44,396 nucleotides of DNA, taken from Nitrospinota bacterium. Its GTDB lineage: Bacteria; Nitrospinota_A; UBA7883. A program made the translations under genes and the position numbers. A model generated the notes under the pieces. That model had not been told where the DNA came from and searched no databases. It worked only from the letters and a program-made list of their open reading frames with translations. Location of the stretch: contig JAOUPQ010000001.1 of NCBI GenBank assembly GCA_029879765.1, forward strand, positions 1 to 44,396. The letters run 5' to 3'. Of this stretch, positions 1 to 7,072 are shown one piece after another (the first letter of the stretch is position 1; each line of letters starts with the position of its first letter).

Positions 1-1467
1 GACAGGTTCGACCGTTGCTCCTCCGCCGGTTGCCACGACAGCAGGCAGCGCGGGGATGTGCATGGCGACCAGTTCCGGGGCCGCGATTGCGACGAGTGCC
101 ATACCCTGCGAGGATGGGAACCGCCGCTATTCTCCCACAAGGATCCCAAATACACAGGCTACAAGCTCGAGGGGAAACACGCCGGGGTGGAGTGCGCCAA
201 GTGCCACCCAAAAGGCCCGTTCAGCGTGGTGAAGTATCGTCCCATAAAATACGACACCTGCATGGGACAGGGGTGCCACGATATCCCGAATCGCGGGGCG
301 ATCCATGGCAAGCAGTTCAACGGAACTAATTGCGACCAGTGCCATAATATGGAGGGATGGAAGCCTTCCGTGTTCTCCCACGATTCCCCCTCATATGGAG
401 GCTACAAACTTTATGGCAAACACCGCCCGCTGAAGTGCGAAAAATGCCATCTGTCGAGCCTGTTCGGTGTGGTGAACTATAAACCTATCAAATACCAGCT
501 GTGCGATGACTGCCACAAGGATCCGCACAAGGGCCAATTCGGTTCCACCGCCTGCGCCACCTGCCATACGGAAGACGACTGGAAGAAGCTTCAGTTCGAC
601 CATAATCGCAACAGCCGGTTCTCTCTGTATGGAAAGCATGTGGGGCCGAAGTGCGAAAAGTGCCACCTGAAGAAGGGAGTGCTGGGCGACACCATGGTGT
701 GGAAACCGGTGGATAGGGAGTGTATCGCCTGTCACGCCGATAAGGACAAACATAAAGGGGCTTTCGGCAAGCAGTGCGACCAGTGCCATACGGAAGAGAC
801 GTGGAAGACAGACCGGTTCGCGCATGAGTTGACCGGCTTCCGGCTCGAATACTCCCACCTGCGGCTTACATGCACGGCATGCCACGAGAAGAGGGACACC
901 TGGGCCGGCATCGGGGAGAACTGCCGAAACTGCCACACAGACCCGCACTTCAACCAGTTTGGAGCCCAGTGTTCCGACTGTCATAACGCCAGGGACTGGG
1001 AGCCGCGCAAGTTTAAACATGGTCTGTTCGGGTTCCGTCTGGAAGGCGCCCATCGGATAGTGGAGTGCAAGGAGTGTCACCAGAACCGGCTCTACGCCAA
1101 CACTCCCACGGACTGTATCGCCTGTCACCGGGCCGAGTTTTTCAGCCCCGGCGCCGCGGCGATCCACTCTCCGAACAATATTGACTGCCAGTTCTGCCAC
1201 AAGCCATATTCCTGGCGGCCGGCCTCGGGGCATTTCCACCAGTCCATGACTTTCAGCGGCGCCCATAAACAGATCCAGGGTCAATGCGACTACTGCCATA
1301 CAAGCAACTATGGGCTGCGGTGGCCCGGCGCCAGGACGGAGCAGGATTGTGAGTACTGCCACATGGCGGATTACAGAAAAGAGCACAGGAATTGCCCAAC
1401 GACTTGCGGCATGTGCCATAACACCAGTGATTTTGACGACGGCAAGGAGACGATTAAGTGCGACTGA
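1..1467 (+). CDS. multiheme c-type cytochrome built of tandem triheme modules; 5' end cut by window edge
   Basis: Frame +1 is open from nt 1 to TGA 1465-1467, so the ATG at 58 is probably internal. The visible part has 18 CXXCH sites: CDECH, CAKCH, CDQCH, CEKCH, CDDCH, CATCH, CEKCH, CIACH, CDQCH, CTACH, CRNCH, CSDCH, CKECH, CIACH, CQFCH, CDYCH, CEYCH, CGMCH. It also has 2 CX4CH sites (CSSAGCH nt 16-36, CMGQGCH nt 259-279). Five consecutive repeats of about 75 aa share conserved W, F-x-H, L-x-G-x-H and D-x-H-x-G-x-FG spacing. Confidence 0.9.
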   Translation, partial: DRFDRCSSAGCHDSRQRGDVHGDQFRGRDCDECHTLRGWEPPLFSHKDPKYTGYKLEGKHAGVECAKCHPKGPFSVVKYRPIKYDTCMGQGCHDIPNRGAIHGKQFNGTNCDQCHNMEGWKPSVFSHDSPSYGGYKLYGKHRPLKCEKCHLSSLFGVVNYKPIKYQLCDDCHKDPHKGQFGSTACATCHTEDDWKKLQFDHNRNSRFSLYGKHVGPKCEKCHLKKGVLGDTMVWKPVDRECIACHADKDKHKGAFGKQCDQCHTEETWKTDRFAHELTGFRLEYSHLRLTCTACHEKRDTWAGIGENCRNCHTDPHFNQFGAQCSDCHNARDWEPRKFKHGLFGFRLEGAHRIVECKECHQNRLYANTPTDCIACHRAEFFSPGAAAIHSPNNIDCQFCHKPYSWRPASGHFHQSMTFSGAHKQIQGQCDYCHTSNYGLRWPGARTEQDCEYCHMADYRKEHRNCPTTCGMCHNTSDFDDGKETIKCD

Positions 1468-2714
1468 CGCTGTTGGCGGCCATAACAGCCGCTCTATTGG
1501 CCCTATGGCCAGCCCCGGCGAACGCTGTATCTGTCAGCGGCAGAATATCCGGATCGTACTACAACCATGATGACGACATCAGCGAGCAGGACCGGAGCAT
1601 AAGCAGGATCAAGCTGCGGCTGGATGTGGACGATTTCATGCCCTACGACTCCTCTTTCCATTTAAGAACCATCACCCGCTCCGTTTCGGGGCATGACTAC
1701 AACAGCAACCTGCCCGGACAGAGGATCGAACAGGCGGAATTCGAAATGAACGGCCTGGGCGGATTCATGGATCTGCATCTTGGCAGGATGAACATAGAAG
1801 ACATCTTTTCCACCAGGGTGGATGGGGCGAATGTGGATTTCCACCTGGGAAAGACTTTCGGCTTTGGCCTGTTTGGCGGCCAGACTCCCGATCCGTTTTC
1901 CGACCAGATAAACTCCAGCTACTCCACTTATGGAGGATACCTGTTCAACCGTGGGCTGGGGAGCAGGTTTTCCCTCGGATATGTGGCCACGGCCAAGGGG
2001 GGGGAGGACTCCACATACATATCGGGTATGTACTATTCTCTATCATCCGCATCGTTCAACTGGATGGTCGACTTCCGTATGGATGAGGACAAGGCTAACA
2101 GCGAATGGCGGGTCACCGAGTCCATGTTGAACATGACATACCGGCCCAGCAAAAGGACCAAGGTAAACCTTAACTACACCGAATACCGCTCCATTCAGCT
2201 GTTCGAGTCGATGGACTACGACGCGAGTTATGACATGCAGCGTTCCACCCGGCTGTCAGGTGATATCTACATCTTGAAAAGCACGTTGCTGTATGCCCGG
2301 TTCGATGGCCGCATGCGCGACATCGACAACGGAACCGCCACCCTTGTCACCGCAGGGGTGCGCCAGGACGATATGTTCGGCTTCATGCGGATGGATTTCT
2401 CATATAACGGCATCAGCTATTTCACCACCTCTTCCAGCAGGATTAACTTCATGGTGGGGGCGGATTTAATACGGGATTTGAGCGGCGAGATAGAAATTAC
2501 ATCCATCGACACGACCCAGGAGGGGCAGAGCAACTCCATGTCCCAGTTCGTGTTTGGCGCCTCGCTGGACTGGTGGTGGAAGAATTTCTTCGTCTCGGCC
2601 ATGCTCCAGTATTCCAACGAAAAATACCTGGACGTGGACGCGATTTATACCAACAAGGCTTCGGACCACTTTTCCACCGTCGTTTACTATCTGAACCTCG
2701 GCTACAAGTTCTGA
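1458..2714 (+). CDS. outer-membrane beta-barrel protein (porin-like), translationally coupled to the cytochrome
   Basis: GTG start at 1458, with AAGGAG at 1444-1449, overlaps the cytochrome stop by 10 nt. Signal peptide MRLTLLAAITAALLALWPAPANA|V. No Cys or heme motifs. Rich in alternating aromatic/polar stretches. C-terminal beta-signal-like ...YYLNLGYKF ends in Phe. Confidence 0.65.
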   Translation: MRLTLLAAITAALLALWPAPANAVSVSGRISGSYYNHDDDISEQDRSISRIKLRLDVDDFMPYDSSFHLRTITRSVSGHDYNSNLPGQRIEQAEFEMNGLGGFMDLHLGRMNIEDIFSTRVDGANVDFHLGKTFGFGLFGGQTPDPFSDQINSSYSTYGGYLFNRGLGSRFSLGYVATAKGGEDSTYISGMYYSLSSASFNWMVDFRMDEDKANSEWRVTESMLNMTYRPSKRTKVNLNYTEYRSIQLFESMDYDASYDMQRSTRLSGDIYILKSTLLYARFDGRMRDIDNGTATLVTAGVRQDDMFGFMRMDFSYNGISYFTTSSSRINFMVGADLIRDLSGEIEITSIDTTQEGQSNSMSQFVFGASLDWWWKNFFVSAMLQYSNEKYLDVDAIYTNKASDHFSTVVYYLNLGYKF

Positions 2715-2715
2715 C

Positions 2716-2743
2716 CTGGGGGGAGGATAGCCATCCCCCCCAG
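2716..2743 (+). terminator. GC-rich hairpin downstream of the beta-barrel gene (possible terminator, no U-tract)
   Basis: CTGGGGGG (2716-2723) pairs with CCCCCCAG (2736-2743) across a 12-nt loop. No T-run follows, so the call is weak. Confidence 0.25.
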
Positions 2744-2777
2744 TGATATAATCATCCTGCAGAAAAGAAAGGCTGGC

Positions 2778-3203
2778 ATGGAACTATACCGGGCGTTCAC
2801 CATCAGGGAAAACTATAAGAACCGCGATAGCGTGGTGGTGGATTGGTTCTGTGAGAGCAGGCAGAGACCTGTGGCGCGGATAGAGGATCTGGTGGAAAGC
2901 CTGCCGGAGATGGACGATAAAGAAAGAGCCGAGCTCCAGGCCCGGCTGGATCAATTGCTCACCACCGCCGAAGTGGACGAATTGGCCCGATACATCAGGG
3001 CTACCACGGGTTTTGAAGTCAAGCGAACCAGGATAGAGCTTCCTGTATCTGATGCGAAAAAAATCCCGGATTTTTCCGGCAAGTCCTCCGTCCAGGAAGG
3101 GGAATACTTTCATATCCATGAAAGCCGCGACTATAACCTGTCTGCGTTGATCACAGGCTACGTGGACCTTTCCGAGCCTCCCAACACCATCTCCATGGGT
3201 TAG
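2778..3203 (+). CDS. hypothetical cytoplasmic protein (141 aa)
   Basis: ORF with no signal peptide or TM segment and no motif I recognise. It sits between the cytochrome/barrel pair and the convergent tpx. Confidence 0.45.
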   Translation: MELYRAFTIRENYKNRDSVVVDWFCESRQRPVARIEDLVESLPEMDDKERAELQARLDQLLTTAEVDELARYIRATTGFEVKRTRIELPVSDAKKIPDFSGKSSVQEGEYFHIHESRDYNLSALITGYVDLSEPPNTISMG

Positions 3204-3270
3204 ACCCCATATCCGGCCGGATGGCGGCTCCCCCGAGCCTGTCGCCCGGGGGCCTTGCCATCGACCCGTT

Positions 3271-3771
3271 TTATTTCAAAGCCGCCAGGGCCTTTTCGTA
3301 ATCAGGCTCCTCAGTTATATCCGGGACCTGCTGGGTGTACACCACATTGCCATCTTTCCCCACGATAACCACCGCCCTGGACAGAAGGCCGGCCAGGGGG
3401 CCATCCACCATGCGAACGCCATAGTCCTCACCGAATTTTCGCTCTCGAAGCTCGGTGGATGTATCCACGTTTTCGATCCCCTCGGCGGCGCAGAACCGTT
3501 TGTGCGCGAAAGGAAGATCCAGCGACACACACAGGCACACGGTGTCCGGCACAGAGGTTATATCCTTGTTGAACCGTCGCACTGAAGCGGCGCAGACCGC
3601 AGTGTCCACGCTGGGGAAGATATTGATCACAAGGTTTTTCCCCGCATAGTTTTTCAGGGAGACATCGGACAGGTCAGATTTTGTGAGCAAAAAATCCGGA
3701 GCCTTGGAGCCGATGGCCGGCAGGGCGCCGCAAGTGTTCACAGGATTGCCCTTTAACGTAATTTTAGACAT
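3271..3771 (-). CDS. tpx: thiol peroxidase (atypical 2-Cys peroxiredoxin Tpx)
   Basis: MSKITLKGNPV...APDF...FPSVDTAVCAAS (peroxidatic Cys) and ...HKRFCAAEG (resolving Cys). Length of 166 aa is typical of Tpx. Confidence 0.95.
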   Translation of the reverse strand: MSKITLKGNPVNTCGALPAIGSKAPDFLLTKSDLSDVSLKNYAGKNLVINIFPSVDTAVCAASVRRFNKDITSVPDTVCLCVSLDLPFAHKRFCAAEGIENVDTSTELRERKFGEDYGVRMVDGPLAGLLSRAVVIVGKDGNVVYTQQVPDITEEPDYEKALAALK

Positions 3772-4082
3772 GTTTAGCCTCTTGCCTTTAGAATGATAAT
3801 AATGCGATATATTCTACAACAAGCCACCCTCTACAAAAAATGTTATTTGCCTTCGGGTGTCTGGTTTTGGAAAAGTCCGCCAGATTCGGGAAGGTATAAA
3901 AACGCTGAAACTGGGCAGATATAATCTTACAATTGATAATGCCTTCCCCGGAATGTATTATAGAGATGGAAGCATCGGGGTGAACAGAAGAGTCGGAATT
4001 GCGGGGGTTGAATCAGAATGGACCCAGGCTGGCCCCGCGCGAATTATAACTCGGACGCCATAATGATCTATGTGCTAATGCC

Positions 4083-5093
4083 ATGAACGCCAAGCCTCTT
4101 GAGGAAATGAGCATCCTGCTTGTGGATGACTCCCGCTTCAGCCGGGATGTAATCTGTAGCGTCCTGGAAAAACACAATTTCAAAAACCTGCATTTGGCCT
4201 GTTCCTCCGCCGAGGCGATGGATTTGTTGGGCCTTTCCTCGGCAAAAAAGGATGAGCTGAAGGTGGACCTTATCCTCATGGATGTGGTGATGAAGGACAT
4301 GGATGGGATCGAGGCCACCCGGGGGATAAAGAAAAACTTTCGTCTGCGGGACGTTCCCATTGTGATGGTTTCCGGCGTTACGGAAAAAGAGAAGCTCAAG
4401 GAAGCCTTCGCCGCAGGAGCGTCGGACTATATAGAAAAGCCGGTGAACGAGGTCGAGCTGGTGGCCAGGGTGAGATCTATCCTGAGCCTGAGCCGGGAGA
4501 TATCGGAAAGAAAGGACAGGGAGCTAAAGCTTCTTAAGCTTACAAAGGAGCTGGAAGAGGCCAACAAGAAGCTGGAGATCCTCTCTTCTCTCGATGGCCT
4601 CACCGGTGTGGCGAACCGAAGGGTGTTCGATCAGACGCTTCTCAAGGAGTGGAAACGGATGGAACGGGAGTCCAAACCTATTTCCCTCATCCTTATCGAC
4701 GTAGATTATTTCAAGAACTTTAATGACACTTACGGGCATTCGTCCGGGGATGAGTGCCTGAAGAAAGTGGCCAGGGCGATCAGTTTTTCCGTCTCCCGGC
4801 CAGGAGACCTGGTGGCCAGGTATGGGGGAGAGGAATTCGTGATCGTTCTGCCGGATACCGATGGCCCCGGCGCCCAGAAAGTGGCGGTGGAGGTGATGGA
4901 TAAAATCGGAAAGATGGGAATCAGGCATGAACGCTCCGAAGTGGGAAATCGCCTCACCGTAAGCCAGGGAGTGGCCACCATGCTCCCTGGGAGCTCCGGC
5001 GGCAAATCCTCCGATCTTCTGGAATTGGCCGATAAGGCGCTGTACAGGGCCAAACACGAAGGCCGCGCCAGAGTGGTCGCTCTTAAATCATAA
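4083..5093 (+). CDS. response regulator with receiver domain and GGDEF diguanylate cyclase domain
   Basis: Receiver: ILLVDDS...[14 protein letters not shown]...PIVMVSG. A coiled-coil linker follows. The GGDEF domain has active site RYGGEEF, preceded by the I-site RxxD (RPGD). No adjacent sensor kinase. Confidence 0.93.
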   Translation: MNAKPLEEMSILLVDDSRFSRDVICSVLEKHNFKNLHLACSSAEAMDLLGLSSAKKDELKVDLILMDVVMKDMDGIEATRGIKKNFRLRDVPIVMVSGVTEKEKLKEAFAAGASDYIEKPVNEVELVARVRSILSLSREISERKDRELKLLKLTKELEEANKKLEILSSLDGLTGVANRRVFDQTLLKEWKRMERESKPISLILIDVDYFKNFNDTYGHSSGDECLKKVARAISFSVSRPGDLVARYGGEEFVIVLPDTDGPGAQKVAVEVMDKIGKMGIRHERSEVGNRLTVSQGVATMLPGSSGGKSSDLLELADKALYRAKHEGRARVVALKS

Positions 5094-5213
5094 TCTTCAA
5101 TGCGCTGGCATGTTCCTCCCGGACGGTTTCCCCAAACCTGTCAGGCGAACGGGTCAGAATTTGCATGATTTTTCAAAAGAGAGTATAGTTATGGCTATGA
5201 TGGAGCTTATATA

Positions 5214-5570
5214 ATGATGATCACGCGGATACTGGTGTTGGTGATATTCGCTCTGTCGGTGGCCCTGCCCGCCGGAGCGGGGGCTTCGCCCCATTCCCCC
5301 AGCGTCTCCCTGGGAGCTCCAGATTGCGAAAGCCAGCATGCCCAGGGTCCGGATGATATGCAACATCATGGCGCTCCCGCCACCCCTTCTGGTGATTGTG
5401 GAGACTGTGCACAGATGGTTTTCTGCTGCGCCCATGTCTCCATGACCTGTGACGGCTCGATACTGGGCAAAAGCCATGTCCTGGGCGCATTCATCATCAT
5501 CGGGCAGATTCAGCGTTTCAAAGCCAAATCCCTGTCCTCCAATCTATACCATCCCCCTAAAGCCCGGTAA
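5214..5570 (+). CDS. small secreted Cys/His-rich protein upstream of the cus operon (putative metal-binding accessory, DUF2946/CzcI-like by eye)
   Basis: GGAG sits 8 nt upstream of the ATG. Signal peptide MMITRILVLVIFALSVALPAGAGA. The mature part has CESQH, DMQHH, GDCGDC, FCCAH and a C-terminal HPPK. Located directly 5' of cusCBA. Confidence 0.55.
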   Translation: MMITRILVLVIFALSVALPAGAGASPHSPSVSLGAPDCESQHAQGPDDMQHHGAPATPSGDCGDCAQMVFCCAHVSMTCDGSILGKSHVLGAFIIIGQIQRFKAKSLSSNLYHPPKAR

Positions 5571-5613
5571 GGGCTCGCCCTGCAAGGGCTCGCCCTGGAA
5601 GGGCATGCCCGCA
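5569..5613. repeat. three tandem 15-bp units with palindromic GGGC-NN-GCCC core, followed by a T-run
   Basis: AAGGGCTCGCCCTGC (5569-5583), AAGGGCTCGCCCTGG (5584-5598), AAGGGCATGCCCGCA (5599-5613). TTATTTTTT follows at 5622-5630. Lies in the gap between the small Cys/His gene and cusC. Confidence 0.7.
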
Positions 5614-5782
5614 GCGGCAGGTTATTTTTTGGGCATTTCTCGCTTGCGGTGTGGCCACTGTGGTCCAGGGCCTCGGGCGCCGCGTTGAAAAACCCAGTAA
5701 AAGAGCGATCTTCCGTATCAACCAAAACGCATCGGAAAGTTTTGCGCAGGTTTACTCTCCGGCCAGGGAAACAGGCTGGACA

Positions 5783-7072
5783 ATGGATGGTAGGAAAATG
5801 AGGAACAGGAAGCATATATCAGTCATCATATTCAGTTTTGTGATGGTGGCCCTGGCCCCTGGGGCGCGGGCGGATGGAAACTGGTGGCCCTCTCTGCGGG
5901 CGGAGCTGTTGGAGCAAAATCAGGGGATCGCCGCCGCCAGGAAAAAGGTGGAGGCTCTTTCCCATATCCCCGAGTCAAAGATGGCCCTGGCCGATCCTGT
6001 GGTCACTGCGGGTTTGATGAGTGTGCCGGTGGACACCTTTGCCATGGACAAGGCGGATATGACCCAGAAAATAGTCGGTGTCCGCCAGGATGTTCCCGCA
6101 GGCTCCATGCGCTCCGCCCAGGCCACCCTGGCTCGGGTGGATGTGCTGGAGGCGCAGGCCATGTTTTCCAAAGACGTGGCGACGGCGGCCATGGAACTGA
6201 AGATGGCGGTCAACGAGATAGTATTCATAAACAGGGCGCTGTCCATCCTCAATGAAACCGACATGCTGTTGGACAACTTCGTCAGGACCAGCATGGCCAA
6301 GTACTCATCGGGGAAAGGGATCCAGGCCAATGTGATCCAGGCCCAGCTGGAGAAGAGCAAGCTCGTGCGCAAAAGGCTCAAATTCGACGAGCAGCTTGAA
6401 CTGGGCAGGGTGAGGATCAACCGGCTGCTGAACCGGGGGGAGGAAAAGGCCTTTCTGGCGCCGAAGGAATACATAACCCCCGCTTACCCGGTGGATACCT
6501 CCTCGCTGTGGAAAATGGCCCAGTCCTACTCCCCCATGCTTCTGATGGCCAGGGCCAGGGTGAAAAAAGCGGAAGCCAGCCTGGAGGCGGCGCGCGCATC
6601 CACGGCGCCCATGTGGATGTTTTCCGCCACCTATGGCCAGAGGGATGACAAGCAGGATATGGCCCGGCCGGACTTTATTTCCGTCACCGCCGGATTCACC
6701 ATTCCTTTATATAAATCACGAAAGCAGGAGATGGTGATAGCCGGAGCGTCGGTGGCGGTGACGGGACAGGCCGATGCGGCGCGAGACACAGCCAGGGAGG
6801 TCCAGGCGCGGATCGCCTCCGCCGTGACCAGCCTGGAACAGGAAGCCAGGCTCATAGACCTGTACCAGACAGGACTTATCCCCCAGGCGACGCTGGCGCT
6901 GGAGAGCGCCATGTCTTCCTATCAGCTGGACAAGGCAGATTTTCTGACGCTGCTGTCCAACCAGATAAACCTGCTGGATATGCAGATGGAACTGGAGAGC
7001 GCAAGAATGCGCAAAGCAAACCTATACGCCAAGCTGGACGCCCAGATCGGGACTGACGGAGTGGAGGAATGA
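5783..7072 (+). CDS. cusC: outer membrane efflux protein, TolC/CusC/CzcC family
   Basis: The tracked ORF starts at 5651, but the first 44 aa have no signal peptide. ATG 5783 (or 5798) gives MDGRKMRNRKHISVIIFSFVMVALAPGARA, a normal signal. The rest is two-repeat, coiled-coil-rich OMF-like sequence. The stop overlaps the cusB ATG (ATGA at 7069-7072). Confidence 0.82.
   Translation: MDGRKMRNRKHISVIIFSFVMVALAPGARADGNWWPSLRAELLEQNQGIAAARKKVEALSHIPESKMALADPVVTAGLMSVPVDTFAMDKADMTQKIVGVRQDVPAGSMRSAQATLARVDVLEAQAMFSKDVATAAMELKMAVNEIVFINRALSILNETDMLLDNFVRTSMAKYSSGKGIQANVIQAQLEKSKLVRKRLKFDEQLELGRVRINRLLNRGEEKAFLAPKEYITPAYPVDTSSLWKMAQSYSPMLLMARARVKKAEASLEAARASTAPMWMFSATYGQRDDKQDMARPDFISVTAGFTIPLYKSRKQEMVIAGASVAVTGQADAARDTAREVQARIASAVTSLEQEARLIDLYQTGLIPQATLALESAMSSYQLDKADFLTLLSNQINLLDMQMELESARMRKANLYAKLDAQIGTDGVEE

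Noticed and set aside
391-1419. 342-aa ORF on the minus strand opposite the cytochrome gene
   Set aside because: It is a shadow ORF of a strongly supported heme-motif gene. Its low-complexity Ala/Gly/Val/Arg/Pro composition is typical of antisense frames in GC-rich coding DNA. No motifs and no RBS.
3857-4063. 68-aa GTG-initiated ORF in the tpx / GGDEF intergenic region
   Set aside because: No Shine-Dalgarno sequence and no recognisable motif. It sits in a divergent promoter region, and I could not find a c-di-GMP or other riboswitch-like pattern either. It is kept only as a very weak possibility.
5150-5165. Weak sigma54-like element CGGGTC-AGAAT-TTGCA upstream of the small Cys/His gene
   Set aside because: It has the GG-N10-GC spacing and a good -12 (TTGCA), but a poor -24 half (3 mismatches in TGGCAC). 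Metal efflux operons are usually sigma70-dependent with CusR or MerR-type control. It is not distinguishable from chance.
5651-5782. Upstream extension of cusC (tracked start 5651)
   Set aside because: The extra 44 residues are hydrophilic and precede an obvious signal peptide that starts at ATG 5783/5798. The extension also runs into the repeat/T-run region.
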